Origin: a virus
Lineage: Duplodnaviria; Caudoviricetes
Direction: 5' to 3' (one strand)
DNA: 59,203 nt
Virus record (IMG/VR): IMGVR_UViG_3300002143_000074
Coordinates: 1-59,203 of that record
Shown here: piece by piece, positions 17,936 through 27,978 of the stretch
How the letters are laid out: each line of letters opens with the position of its first letter
Position numbering within the stretch: position 1 is the stretch's first letter
Notes under the pieces: model-generated
Told to the model about the DNA's origin: nothing
The model's database searches: none
What the model saw: only the letters and a program-made list of their open reading frames with translations
Translations under genes and position numbers: made by a program

Positions 17936-18776
17936 GTGTCCATCCTTTATGATGAGGACGTTGTTTATAACAAACTAAAGAAACGTTACTTGGATTTAGA
18001 GAATATTTTGTATATAAATCATATCTAGTTCCGGTAAACGTTTCTTGGGAATTTGTATTATAAAATTTATAAATGGTGTGGTCATAACATGCATTATTAC
18101 TTCCTTTGGATATATTACTTTTTATTCTTTTATCTCGTAATATTTGCTTCGTCACCTCTGTATGTTTTTTACCATAAAAAGAATTTTTTTCACCAATATT
18201 TAATTCACGTAGTTTATCAATTGTTTCTTTAGAATGTTTTGTTCCCAATTTAATTATTTTTAATTTGTTTTTTGTTTCGTTGGTGTGTTTACGACCGATA
18301 TTAGCTTTTCTGAGCTTTTCGATAACTTCCGGGGTCATTTCCACCTTTCCAGCTATAAAACTTAAATTATAACATTTATTTGGTTCGAGTTTTGCAATAT
18401 CTAAATATTTTTGTTCAGTTATTAATAACTCACCGATATTCGTCAGTTCTACTATTTCCCATACAAAATTTTCACTTCCATATTTATTCCACGCACGTTG
18501 TAAACGGATGTTAGGGTGTGTTTTGGAATTAAGCATATATTTATGTGTCACCCATCTACCCTTGTATTTTGAGTTGATGTCTTTTGAACTTCCCACATAA
18601 TACTTTCCGGTCACCTTATTCACTATTTTGTATATCCCGCTGAGTTTCCCAATATCGTTCCATTCTTTTTTTATTACATTTATCTCGGTTTCTTTGATAA
18701 TATCGTTTGGAACGTTCGTTTGATTGTTTTCGACGATATTCGACTGTTCGGTTAAGTTTTTTTCTTCCCATATCAT
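17919..18776 (-). CDS. GIY-YIG homing endonuclease with NUMOD3 repeats (start uncertain)
   Basis: SGIYKIVNKVTGKYYVGSS, LQRAWNKYG, GRKHTNETK / GTKHSKETI / GKKHTEVTK repeats. Confidence 0.88.
   Translation of the reverse strand: MIWEEKNLTEQSNIVENNQTNVPNDIIKETEINVIKKEWNDIGKLSGIYKIVNKVTGKYYVGSSKDINSKYKGRWVTHKYMLNSKTHPNIRLQRAWNKYGSENFVWEIVELTNIGELLITEQKYLDIAKLEPNKCYNLSFIAGKVEMTPEVIEKLRKANIGRKHTNETKNKLKIIKLGTKHSKETIDKLRELNIGEKNSFYGKKHTEVTKQILRDKRIKSNISKGSNNACYDHTIYKFYNTNSQETFTGTRYDLYTKYSLNPSNVSLVCYKQRPHHKGWTLIGPL
18616..18771 (-). CDS. 51-aa basic protein (MGRKK family) overlapping GIY-YIG gene
   Basis: MGRKKLNRTVEYRRKQSNERSKRYYQRNRDKCNKKRMERYWETQRDIQNSE; TATTTATA 8 nt upstream. Confidence 0.65.
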   Translation of the reverse strand: MGRKKLNRTVEYRRKQSNERSKRYYQRNRDKCNKKRMERYWETQRDIQNSE

Positions 18777-18864
18777 GATTATAAATATAACGTGAAAACA
18801 TAAAACGTGAAAGAATCTTGACTTTTTGGTGAGAGTAGTCGATACTAGATTCAGATTAATAAAA

Positions 18865-19113
18865 ATGAACACACCTGAGAGTTTATACGAAGTCTGGCTT
18901 AACACTCGGAATATAACCACCGTTTATGATGAAGCGATTGAACGGTATGAAGGTGATATAAAGGGTTATGAATGGTCCATTCGTGAACAGGAATGGTTGG
19001 ATATAAGTAAACCGGTTAAAGAACATAATTTAAAAATATTAAAAAAAGAGTTACGTAAAGTTAAATCGAAATTGACTAAAACTCTAAAAATCAGAAAAGA
19101 GATAGTAAAATGA
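18865..19113 (+). CDS. hypothetical protein
   Basis: ATG 18865 downstream of TTGACT at 18818. Confidence 0.55.
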   Translation: MNTPESLYEVWLNTRNITTVYDEAIERYEGDIKGYEWSIREQEWLDISKPVKEHNLKILKKELRKVKSKLTKTLKIRKEIVK

Positions 19114-19778
19114 AAATAAAAGTATCAGATTTTAAATGTGACGCCATACTATGTTTGGAGATGTGTAAATTTAGTAGTACATGTGCAAACCACGACTCAG
19201 CTGGTGACTTTCGTAACGAAGGTGGATTTAAACCAGAACTTATAATGGTTGATAATGAAGTACATTGTGAGACGTATAACCAAGAAATATCAGATTATGA
19301 CGATTGTGGTAATCTACCAAAAAATCATGGACAATTGTCGAGTGGTTTGGTTGTTTGGGATGATATCAAATCACCGGATTTGAGTGTTTCTTTGGAAAGT
19401 ATTTTTGGCCCCACATACAGACTTACTATATCTGCTGATGGTAAGGAATTCATGGGAATGAGTGTGAAGGGCACAGCTCCAAAAAGAAGTGGTGAAATTT
19501 TGCCAGTATTAAAAGAGATTGTCCGTATGTTAGAGGCTCCTGATTTGCCCGATGAATGGGTTTTAGGTAAATATTCCCCAACCGTGTCTACGGTTAAAGG
19601 AGTTGGTGAGGGTGCAAAAGCTTTTCTAGAAGCAAATCCAGATTTTTGGCCGGGAGTTTCGGATAAAATACCAGATTCCGGCGTGGAGATAGACAATAAT
19701 GTTCCTGTTTCTAAATTAACCAAGGATTTGGAAAGTATTGGTGTCGAGCAGTCAAAACGGATGGATGGATTAATATGA
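19110..19778 (+). CDS. hypothetical protein
   Basis: 222-aa ORF, Cys/His-rich N-terminus. Confidence 0.65.
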   Translation: MKIKVSDFKCDAILCLEMCKFSSTCANHDSAGDFRNEGGFKPELIMVDNEVHCETYNQEISDYDDCGNLPKNHGQLSSGLVVWDDIKSPDLSVSLESIFGPTYRLTISADGKEFMGMSVKGTAPKRSGEILPVLKEIVRMLEAPDLPDEWVLGKYSPTVSTVKGVGEGAKAFLEANPDFWPGVSDKIPDSGVEIDNNVPVSKLTKDLESIGVEQSKRMDGLI

Positions 19779-20135
19779 TATTTACTATCTATTTAATTAT
19801 TGGGATTATTATGGCGATATATGCGTGTATAAACCAATCAAAGTATTTCCCAGATAGAACTTGCTTTTTGGATTATGCGTTGTGTTTTTCGGCCAATGTT
19901 TTGTTGTGGCCAATATCTATATATTTCATCTATGTCAATTATATAAATAAATAATTATAATGATTCTAGTTTACATTTTAATTGGGATAGTCTGGTCTTT
20001 GGTGTTATCATTTCTACAACGTAAAAATTTTAACAATGGTGTAGATTTACTATCAATTGTCTTGTTCTTTTTAATCAATATGATACTGTGGCCGGTGTCG
20101 ATGTTTAGTTTACATTTACAGTCGAATAAGAAATT

Positions 20136-20663
20136 ATGAGTGATTTATTGTATAATGAAGTTCCGGTGGTTGGAAATGAGTATAAAAAAGGTGATTGGGA
20201 AAAAATTGCAATCCACGATGAAAACAGTATCAAGGGTTTCTTCGGAGATTTTAGGTGGTTAAGCAATTTTTACACCACTCCAGTATATTATGATGGGCTT
20301 TTGTATAAAAGTTCCGAAAACGCATATCAAGCAGCCAAACTACTTCCACACTATCGGGTAGAATTACAAACCGTTAGTGCATCAACTGCCAAAAGATTGT
20401 GGAAGTCTTTTGGTGAGGATAGTCTTTATGACGATACTCCCGATGCTTGGGATGATAGAAAATATGACGTAATGAGTGTCATTCTATTTGATAAATTTTA
20501 TCGGAATGTCTTATTGCGTGAGAAGCTATTAGAAACAGATGATAAATTCCTAGAAGAAACTAATTGGTGGAAGGATGTGTACTGGGGGGTTGACGCCAAA
20601 TTGGGTGGTGAAAACAATTTGGGTAAAATTCTCATGAAAATTAGGACGTATTGGAAAGTTTAA
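20136..20663 (+). CDS. NADAR family protein
   Basis: WLSNFY, SENAYQAAK, W.....VM....DKF, LLET, D.YWG, G.NNLGKILM.IR. Confidence 0.88.
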   Translation: MSDLLYNEVPVVGNEYKKGDWEKIAIHDENSIKGFFGDFRWLSNFYTTPVYYDGLLYKSSENAYQAAKLLPHYRVELQTVSASTAKRLWKSFGEDSLYDDTPDAWDDRKYDVMSVILFDKFYRNVLLREKLLETDDKFLEETNWWKDVYWGVDAKLGGENNLGKILMKIRTYWKV

Positions 20664-20666
20664 TTT

Positions 20667-20909
20667 ATGAAATCAATTTTGATTTCAACATTAATATTGT
20701 TTTTGGTTGGTTGTGCAACGGTCTATTCTCCAACAAGATATGAAGTTGCATATAATGAATTGAAATCCAAGTATCCATCATGTAACGTCCTATCAACCAA
20801 CACCCACGTCACGTTTTTGATGGAAAATGGTGGAATCCACTATTTTGTTCGATTCGACAATGTTGGTAAAATAACCAGAATCACCAAACACAATTCTCTG
20901 GACAAATAA
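20667..20909 (+). CDS. putative lipoprotein
   Basis: MKSILISTLILFLVGC signal peptide with lipobox. Confidence 0.6.
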   Translation: MKSILISTLILFLVGCATVYSPTRYEVAYNELKSKYPSCNVLSTNTHVTFLMENGGIHYFVRFDNVGKITRITKHNSLDK

Positions 20910-20932
20910 AAAAACCATGATAGGGTTTTTAT

Positions 20933-21259
20933 ATGAAAGAAAAAGCAACTGCACCAGAACAAAAAACTGAACGGTTTGAGGTAAAGAGTGGTGATTGGGA
21001 CTTCAAAGCTCCTGCAAATTTTCGTGGTTGGGAAGACCAAATAAAGGGTTTGTTTGGAAACGAATCCTATGTTGGAACTGACCACTGCGTTCTCTTGGTT
21101 GAATACTCACCAAAATTAGTTCAACTGTTACGTCCGTTTCCAGACCCGAATGTTGTTGAAAAGGTCAACTTCAAGTTGTATGATGACGTTTTAAGTGAAC
21201 GTGCAAAGAGTGGAAAATGGGTTGTGAAATCCACGACTCGTAAACTGGTATTGGAGTAA
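20933..21259 (+). CDS. hypothetical protein
   Basis: 108-aa ORF in operon. Confidence 0.65.
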   Translation: MKEKATAPEQKTERFEVKSGDWDFKAPANFRGWEDQIKGLFGNESYVGTDHCVLLVEYSPKLVQLLRPFPDPNVVEKVNFKLYDDVLSERAKSGKWVVKSTTRKLVLE

Positions 21260-21265
21260 AATAAC

Positions 21266-21697
21266 ATGAATAGAGTAATACAAAATGCGGTCAAAATCAC
21301 CGAGGATGGTGTTGTCACCTATCTGCGGTCATCACATCGTCACGATTATGTCGTTCACACCTTCAAGAATGGTGGACGATATGCACTCGACGGTGGATTG
21401 GATTATTGTAAAGTTGGAACGAGTAACATTCCAGACAACGCCACCATTGAACCATTTTCCGTGGTTGATACTGATAATTTCACAACTATTGCGGATAGAC
21501 TTCTTTGGGGAACAAGGGGACCATCTGGTAACGACAAAATCCGTATTGTGCCATTTAAAGAATTGACTTTGGACCACCTTCAAGCTATATTGGATTATAA
21601 CGATACGTTGACAACGAAGTTGAGTGACATTCAAGTTGACGTTATCAATCATTGGATTAAAGAAAGACTAACAAGTAAAAATTATGGGACTATTTAA
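21266..21697 (+). CDS. phage hypothetical protein
   Basis: NAVK..S.HRHDY..DGG.DY and WGTRG...L..DHL.AIL motifs typical of phage proteins. Confidence 0.7.
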   Translation: MNRVIQNAVKITEDGVVTYLRSSHRHDYVVHTFKNGGRYALDGGLDYCKVGTSNIPDNATIEPFSVVDTDNFTTIADRLLWGTRGPSGNDKIRIVPFKELTLDHLQAILDYNDTLTTKLSDIQVDVINHWIKERLTSKNYGTI

Positions 21698-21992
21698 GAA
21701 AGCACCACCGGTTATTGAATCAAAAACTCCTGAGTATCAATCACAATATTTGATTGGTATGGACGCGGAGAGAGATTCTATCAAATTTTGTTTGACACCA
21801 CGATTTGTAGATAGCATTGTTGGAGTCGAACGTGTCGATATTGGAACGCCACACGAAAGAACCACAATCACGTATATTCGTGACGATGAATCCACAAAGT
21901 CATCGGAGTTTTATATGGCAATCAGTCGCAAACAACACAATGCGTTTGTGGATAGAATGGTCAAAGACAAACAAGCAATTTCAGGGGATTAA
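21684..21992 (+). CDS. hypothetical protein
   Basis: 102-aa ORF overlapping upstream gene. Confidence 0.6.
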   Translation: MGLFKKAPPVIESKTPEYQSQYLIGMDAERDSIKFCLTPRFVDSIVGVERVDIGTPHERTTITYIRDDESTKSSEFYMAISRKQHNAFVDRMVKDKQAISGD

Positions 21993-21995
21993 TTT

Positions 21996-22355
21996 ATGAC
22001 AGTTGGAATTCTTATTTTTGTGTTAATTGTAATTGCAATTGCAATTTTCAACTACAAAACTTTTTATGGAGATATGGGAACAACAGTTTTGATGACGTTG
22101 TTGTTATCAATGTTTCCATTAATGTTGTTTATGATAGTCACACCGTCATATAAACAATCTGAAATAACAACGAACGTCGTTCAGGGTGAACATAATACAT
22201 TTGTGGAATATTTTGCACAGGGTCAACCTAAACATGTGGTATTTCCAAAAATATCTGAGAATGCAATGAAACGTGCTAAGTTTTATAAACGTGATTACTA
22301 CAATCTTTTCTCTCAAGAATTCAGAAGTGAAGTCGTCGCACTATACGGTGAATAA
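21996..22355 (+). CDS. membrane protein
   Basis: Two N-terminal hydrophobic segments. Confidence 0.65.
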   Translation: MTVGILIFVLIVIAIAIFNYKTFYGDMGTTVLMTLLLSMFPLMLFMIVTPSYKQSEITTNVVQGEHNTFVEYFAQGQPKHVVFPKISENAMKRAKFYKRDYYNLFSQEFRSEVVALYGE

Positions 22356-22360
22356 ATAAC

Positions 22361-22969
22361 ATGAATCTCCGAACCCTCATAAACAAATGTCATTTACCAG
22401 ACGTCTATACATACATCTTTAACAAGGAATCTGATGCGTATAGTCGTGGAGTCAATCTGGACAAAATTATTTTGGCATATTCCAAGGTTATTGAGGATTT
22501 GAAGTCAAGACCCGAAATGTCGGTAGATACGAAAATATCGGTTGATTATGATATTGATTGGTATTGGGATTATTTGAAACAACACCCCGACAAAAAAACT
22601 AAGGAGGATAGTGATAATATTGAAGATTACAAGTATATCAACGTATCGTTATTGAATTCCGAATATGAGTCTGAACCACCTTCCAATCTAGCACCTTGGG
22701 GTGGAAGTTCGGATAATAAAAACGATTGTCCAGAAGGTTATTACAATCTCAATTACAAAGGTTATCAGAAACGTTACGGAATATCCGGTCAATACTGGAC
22801 GGAGTTTGTGAATATGGAAATTGTGAATAACGACAATTTGGATGATTCTGATTTGTTGGCTGAGATTCTTTGGGAATTGACATTCCATGGGTTTACGGAG
22901 AAAGTTTCCACCGAATTTTGGGAAGAAATGGGTCGTCGTGTCAAAGAAATTGACGAGAATAATCCTTAA
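22361..22969 (+). CDS. hypothetical protein
   Basis: 202-aa acidic ORF, C-terminal LAEILWELTFHG. Confidence 0.7.
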   Translation: MNLRTLINKCHLPDVYTYIFNKESDAYSRGVNLDKIILAYSKVIEDLKSRPEMSVDTKISVDYDIDWYWDYLKQHPDKKTKEDSDNIEDYKYINVSLLNSEYESEPPSNLAPWGGSSDNKNDCPEGYYNLNYKGYQKRYGISGQYWTEFVNMEIVNNDNLDDSDLLAEILWELTFHGFTEKVSTEFWEEMGRRVKEIDENNP

Positions 22970-23336
22970 ATTGATGGAATAGTTGTATGAGTGACTCGAA
23001 ATTGAATTTTAACTTAGACCGAATTCATATTAATGAGTTTAGTAAAATGACACATGAAAATGTTAGTCGAGATGACCTACTTAAAGACGTATTTGACCCA
23101 CTATATGTGGATAAATTTTTTCCCATTCAATTAGACCAAGAGGTTAGATTGGAACATTTTTATGAACGACAATAGATGTCCAAAGTGCGGTGTGCTATTC
23201 TGTATCTACCCAAAACCGGAAGATTCGGATTACTGTTTAATGTGCGCATATAAAGAATTGCAACACATGCGTCGTGATTACCGAACTGCAAGTGAACAGT
23301 GGAATCAATACAGAAAACTTTACACTACAAATTGAT

Positions 23337-23741
23337 ATGAATAATAGAGAAACACATTTTAGAGTTTGGGATACTGATAGTAAAAAATTTTGGAATGGTC
23401 CATTTAATAATTATTTAAACGAAATTTTTGAAAAAAAGAGATTTATTTTTCAACAATATACCGGATTAAAAGACAAAAACGGTGTAAGAATTTATGATGG
23501 TGATATTTTAAAAGAAACCCACTATGAAGATTGGACCGATGAAAATGGATTTGAATATTTGGGTGTGGTGAGACATAAAGTTTACTCTAATAATGATGCT
23601 GGTAATCAGTTTTCAGGTTTCGTAACATTTCCTAATTTAAATGAAAATAAAGAATATAGTGGAAATCCAATAAAGACAAATTGTGAAATTGTCGGGAATA
23701 TCTTTGAAAACCCCGATTTAATTAAACAAACCTTGGAATAA
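23337..23741 (+). CDS. YopX family protein
   Basis: FRVWD, QQYTGLKDKNG.IYDGDI, EIVGNIFENPDL. Confidence 0.85.
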   Translation: MNNRETHFRVWDTDSKKFWNGPFNNYLNEIFEKKRFIFQQYTGLKDKNGVRIYDGDILKETHYEDWTDENGFEYLGVVRHKVYSNNDAGNQFSGFVTFPNLNENKEYSGNPIKTNCEIVGNIFENPDLIKQTLE

Positions 23742-23791
23742 AAACTTCTTCTTTTTTCTTTACCTTTCTTGTAATACTCTTGAACTGACAT

Positions 23792-24223
23792 ATGAAGATT
23801 TTATCGAAGGTAAAGACTATCAAATCAAAGACTGGTGAATTGCATTTTGAGAGATTTGCAATCATTGAGTTGTCACGATTCGCTATCTACATTCACCGTA
23901 TTCATAAGGAGGATAAGGATTTACACCTACACAGTCACCCATGGAATTTTTGGTCAATGATTTTGAGTGGTGAGTATTACGAGAAATACATTGGTCGGGA
24001 TGTTTTTTACGAACCGCAAGAATTCACACGTATTCGTGATAAATGGTCAGTGTCAAAGGCCGATAGAAGTTTTTATCATAAGATACTTGCTATTGTGAAG
24101 GGACCAGTATATACTCTATTCGTTACGTGGGGAAAACACGAACCGTGGTATTATATGGTCGATGAGGAAAAAATCGAATCGACAAAATATCGTGAAATGA
24201 AGAATACAACCGGATTCAAATAA
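23792..24223 (+). CDS. cupin-like phage protein
   Basis: IH.I..ED.D.HLHSHPWNF.S.IL.G.YYE ... YHKI. Confidence 0.6.
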   Translation: MKILSKVKTIKSKTGELHFERFAIIELSRFAIYIHRIHKEDKDLHLHSHPWNFWSMILSGEYYEKYIGRDVFYEPQEFTRIRDKWSVSKADRSFYHKILAIVKGPVYTLFVTWGKHEPWYYMVDEEKIESTKYREMKNTTGFK

Positions 24224-24225
24224 TT

Positions 24226-24795
24226 ATGACTGGATATACTGCAGTATTACAAGAGGGTGACGTATCACTTAAACAATTTGTGTTGACTTGTGCGCGAGCA
24301 TTTGGTCCATGTATTGAACAACGTGATGAAAATTCTGACGTTCCTCCACGAAAAGTTGAGTTGGACGTTTCCTATGAACAATCGGAAATTGAACGATTGA
24401 AGAATGAAGAATACACTCTCACAGACTTTGAGGAATACGTTGCAAAACAACGTGAGTATTATGTGACCACCAAGAATAAAAAGAAGGTCATTAAGAAAAA
24501 ATATCAAGAAATGTTGACTCAGGTTAAAAATTGGTCACCACCAACGGAATCCCATACTCCATTGAAGAATTTCATGATTTCGCAGATTGAAGATTCTATC
24601 GAATTCGATTGTAAAATGAAGTATTATGATGATGAACAACGTCGTCTTGGTGAATTGACGTTTGGAGAATGGCAATCCACTATGATTGAATGCCGTGATA
24701 AAGCTCTCAGAAACATGAATATTTCGATTGAAGAGAAAACACGAAACGTCAAATTCCAAAACGAATGGATTGACAAACTCTACGCTAGCCTATAA
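24226..24795 (+). CDS. phage hypothetical coiled-coil protein
   Basis: TGYT..F...CARAFG, W.PPT..H..LK.FM..QI. Confidence 0.7.
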   Translation: MTGYTAVLQEGDVSLKQFVLTCARAFGPCIEQRDENSDVPPRKVELDVSYEQSEIERLKNEEYTLTDFEEYVAKQREYYVTTKNKKKVIKKKYQEMLTQVKNWSPPTESHTPLKNFMISQIEDSIEFDCKMKYYDDEQRRLGELTFGEWQSTMIECRDKALRNMNISIEEKTRNVKFQNEWIDKLYASL

Positions 24796-24798
24796 AGT

Positions 24799-25011
24799 AT
24801 GAAAATAACCAGAGAACGACGTATTGAATTGACAGATGGAAATATGGTCATTACGTGGGACGAAAGATTCTATTCCGATAGAGTCCAGATAAATGTCAAA
24901 AATGATACATATAGAGGTGATAGTCTCATTATTAAAATCAGTGAAATCGACAAACTTATCGAGACATTAAAATCAATGAAAGAGACGTTGAAAACAGACA
25001 AAATTATATGA
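24799..25011 (+). CDS. hypothetical protein
   Basis: 70-aa ORF after TTGACA at 24770. Confidence 0.55.
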   Translation: MKITRERRIELTDGNMVITWDERFYSDRVQINVKNDTYRGDSLIIKISEIDKLIETLKSMKETLKTDKII

Positions 25012-25820
25012 AAACGACAAGACAAGGTGCATTTGAAACCAACAGTAGTTCATCTCACAGCATCACGATTAATGATAAGAATGTCCTTTTGGACAGCATT
25101 ACTCCCGATGCGAATGGTGTGATTACTTTGTATGGTGGTGAATTTGGTTGGGAATATGCGAAATATACCGACCCTATCACCAAGGCCAATTATTGTGCAA
25201 TTGATGCGCAACATAATGAAGAAATGATAAATATGCTCCGTGAGGTTATTATGGAACATACCGGAGCCAAGGATGTCGTCATTAAATTTTCAACTGATTG
25301 GAATAGTCCAGACCATTCCTACATTGACCATCAAAGTATGGGAACCAGTAACACCGCATTTGTCAGTAAAGACCAATTGAAGAATTTCATTTTCAATGTC
25401 AAGAGTGTTCTTTACACCGGAAATGATAATGATAGTGGTCCTCCAAATTTCTACGATGAAGATGTAGATTCGATGACGTATTATGTTTCTCTCGAAGGAA
25501 CATCTGGTGGTAAATGTTATATTCATGAAAAGGATATTGATAACAAAGAAAAATTGACAAAAATTCTATGTAATCTCTATAGAGAAAATGTCAACAATGA
25601 ATATTCATCTTGGAATCAATCTCATAACTTCATGACATATGAAGAAAGAAAAAGTCACTATTATCACATGGATTATAGGTCTGGTGACGAGGGTATCGAC
25701 TTTGATAAAAAGACGGTGAGACTTGTTAGAGAATCGTATCTATATGATGGTGAGGGTAATTTAAAAGAACGAAAAGTTGACGCTGAAAAATTCATCAAGT
25801 TTGAAGTTCTTCCTCGATAA
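25008..25820 (+). CDS. FETNSSS-motif protein
   Basis: R.G.FETNSSSSHS, GEFGW, YIDHQS, TGNDN motifs. Confidence 0.7.
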   Translation: MKTTRQGAFETNSSSSHSITINDKNVLLDSITPDANGVITLYGGEFGWEYAKYTDPITKANYCAIDAQHNEEMINMLREVIMEHTGAKDVVIKFSTDWNSPDHSYIDHQSMGTSNTAFVSKDQLKNFIFNVKSVLYTGNDNDSGPPNFYDEDVDSMTYYVSLEGTSGGKCYIHEKDIDNKEKLTKILCNLYRENVNNEYSSWNQSHNFMTYEERKSHYYHMDYRSGDEGIDFDKKTVRLVRESYLYDGEGNLKERKVDAEKFIKFEVLPR

Positions 25821-25826
25821 AATCGG

Positions 25827-25854
25827 TTGACTTTATCTAAAACCTAGATATAGT
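25827..25854 (+). promoter_or_regulatory. sigma70-type promoter, probably leaderless transcript
   Basis: TTGACT, 16 nt, TATAGT, 7 nt before ATG 25862. Confidence 0.65.
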
Positions 25855-25861
25855 GACGTCA

Positions 25862-26305
25862 ATGAATGTTTTGAACAAATACATCAATGGTAACTACACA
25901 GTAACCATCTTTGATGATGGAACCAAGGAACGGGAGTATGAAGGTATTCCCGTTCCTAAATGGCCCGAATCATGTGATGTGAAGGTGACTGATTACTGTG
26001 ATGCGAATTGTCCGTTTTGTTTTCACCCCGATTCCGAAGTAATGACATTATTAGGAAACAAAAAAATATCAGAATTGGTGGTTGGTCAATTGATATATTC
26101 TTTTGATGAAACTAAAAAACAGATAGAACTATCTACAATAGAACAGGTTATAACTAAAAATGTAGATGAAAAGTTGATTGTAATTGAATTAGAAAATGGG
26201 AAAGTCATCAAATGTACCTATAATCATGAAATTTTTACAAATAATCGTGGTTGGGTAGAAGCATCTAAACTTTCAATAGAAGACGATATAAATCACATTT
26301 TATAA
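25862..26305 (+). CDS. radical SAM protein N-extein fused to split intein N-fragment
   Basis: YCDANCPF then intein block A CFHPDSEV (from 26018) and block B CTYNHEIF; stop after 95 intein residues. Confidence 0.88.
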   Translation: MNVLNKYINGNYTVTIFDDGTKEREYEGIPVPKWPESCDVKVTDYCDANCPFCFHPDSEVMTLLGNKKISELVVGQLIYSFDETKKQIELSTIEQVITKNVDEKLIVIELENGKVIKCTYNHEIFTNNRGWVEASKLSIEDDINHIL

Positions 26306-26330
26306 TTGGTTTTAGATACTTATATCTATA

Positions 26331-27122
26331 ATGAATAGATATATAACAAATTTAAAATTAAAAACGTGCCATATTTGTAATTCCACATTTAATGGAACAC
26401 GACATAGAAAAACATGTTCTCCAGAATGTACTAGAAAATCAAAATTAAATGGAATGGTTAAGGTATTCCATCGTAAATTTTGTAAAGATTGTAATATTTT
26501 AATTTCCGAAAAAATTAAATTTGGATCTCTTGCAAAAGAAATAAACAATAACAATAAAAGATGTAAAAAATGTTCGGATATAAATCGACACAATTGGTAT
26601 ATCAATAGAAACAAAATTAAATCCGAAGCAAATAAGAAAAGTAATGGTAAAAAAATGGAAACCTTAAAACATCGGATGAAGATTAATAATCCAATGTTTA
26701 AATCGGAGACAAGATTAAAAGTTAAAAAAACTTTAGATGAAAAAATAAAATCTGGAATTATAAAATACAAAACTGGTCCAGAACACCATCTATGGAAAGG
26801 AAATCGTCAAAATAACAGTGTAATTAGAACAAGATTGAAAAATTGGAAAAAATCAGTATTGGAGAAATTTGATTACAAGTGTTATCATTGTGAATCTAAT
26901 ATAAATTTAGAAATACATCACATAGAACCATTAAGAAATATCATAAAAAAATTCACAGATAAACCGTTAAAAGAATACAATCAAGATTCCAAAGAATTTG
27001 AAAATTTAATTTTTATCTTGATTAATTATCATTTCAATAGTAATATTGGCGTATGTTTATGTGATAAGTGTCATTCGCAAGTGGATAAATTTAGAAAACA
27101 AACTTTTATTAATGAAAATTAA
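26331..27122 (+). CDS. HNH homing endonuclease with N-terminal zinc fingers
   Basis: CxxC pairs, H.WKG, CYHC...LEIHHI...N.G..LCDKCH. Confidence 0.85.
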   Translation: MNRYITNLKLKTCHICNSTFNGTRHRKTCSPECTRKSKLNGMVKVFHRKFCKDCNILISEKIKFGSLAKEINNNNKRCKKCSDINRHNWYINRNKIKSEANKKSNGKKMETLKHRMKINNPMFKSETRLKVKKTLDEKIKSGIIKYKTGPEHHLWKGNRQNNSVIRTRLKNWKKSVLEKFDYKCYHCESNINLEIHHIEPLRNIIKKFTDKPLKEYNQDSKEFENLIFILINYHFNSNIGVCLCDKCHSQVDKFRKQTFINEN

Positions 27123-27957
27123 ATCAATTAGTCGAGAAAAATATACTGGTGTTGTCTATGATTTGACCGTGGTTAAAAATCATAATTATTTTGTTTCTAA
27201 TTGTTTGGTACACAACTGTCACGAAAAATCAACCGTGGATGGACTTCATGGTGATGAAGAATTGGGATTGAATCTATTTCGAGACTTGCCAGCCGGTGCA
27301 GAACTTGCTATTGGTGGTGGTAATCCTTTGAGTTGGGATGGTTTGTATAGATTTACCGACACCATGAAAGAACGGGGTGTAATCTGTAACATCACCGTCA
27401 ATAGTGTTCACGTTCGTAAATTCGATTCTCTAATCGAAAGTATGGTTCAAGACAAAACCATTCACGGTCTTGGTATCAGTTACTTCCGAGCATTACTGCA
27501 CAATTGTCTCCCATTCACTAAGATGACTCCAAATGTCGTATTTCACGTCATTATGGGTGTTCATACCATTGAGGATTTGCGACACATTATCAAGACAGTT
27601 CCCAACGCAAAAGTGTTGTTGTTGGGATACAAACAATATGGTCGTGGTGAAAAATACTTCTCCCCAACCATTGAGAAAAATTTGTATGATTGGTATGTGA
27701 CTTTGCATGAATTTTTCAAGGTCAAGGATTTGACTCTCAGTTTTGATAACTTGGGAATCAAACAAATGAAGCTGGAGAGATTCTTTGATAAAGAACAATG
27801 GAATCAATTTTACATGGGTGACGATGGAAAGTTCACACTTTTTGTCGATTTAGTTAAACTAGAATATTGTAAATCTTCAACCACACCAATACGATATAAA
27901 ATTGAAAAAGACGATAATTCTGAGTCTATTTTTAGAAAAATTAGAGAAATAGGATAA
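27112..27957 (+). CDS. split intein C-fragment fused to radical SAM C-extein
   Basis: MKIKSI...VYDLTV..NHNYF...LVHN (35 aa) then CHEKS, ELAIGGGNP, NITVN. Confidence 0.88.
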   Translation: MKIKSISREKYTGVVYDLTVVKNHNYFVSNCLVHNCHEKSTVDGLHGDEELGLNLFRDLPAGAELAIGGGNPLSWDGLYRFTDTMKERGVICNITVNSVHVRKFDSLIESMVQDKTIHGLGISYFRALLHNCLPFTKMTPNVVFHVIMGVHTIEDLRHIIKTVPNAKVLLLGYKQYGRGEKYFSPTIEKNLYDWYVTLHEFFKVKDLTLSFDNLGIKQMKLERFFDKEQWNQFYMGDDGKFTLFVDLVKLEYCKSSTTPIRYKIEKDDNSESIFRKIREIG

Positions 27958-27978
27958 TGATATATATTTATATGGGTA

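Noticed and set aside
18777-18920. Upstream extension of the GIY-YIG ORF to 18920
   Set aside because: Runs through the divergent promoter region and the opposite-strand gene
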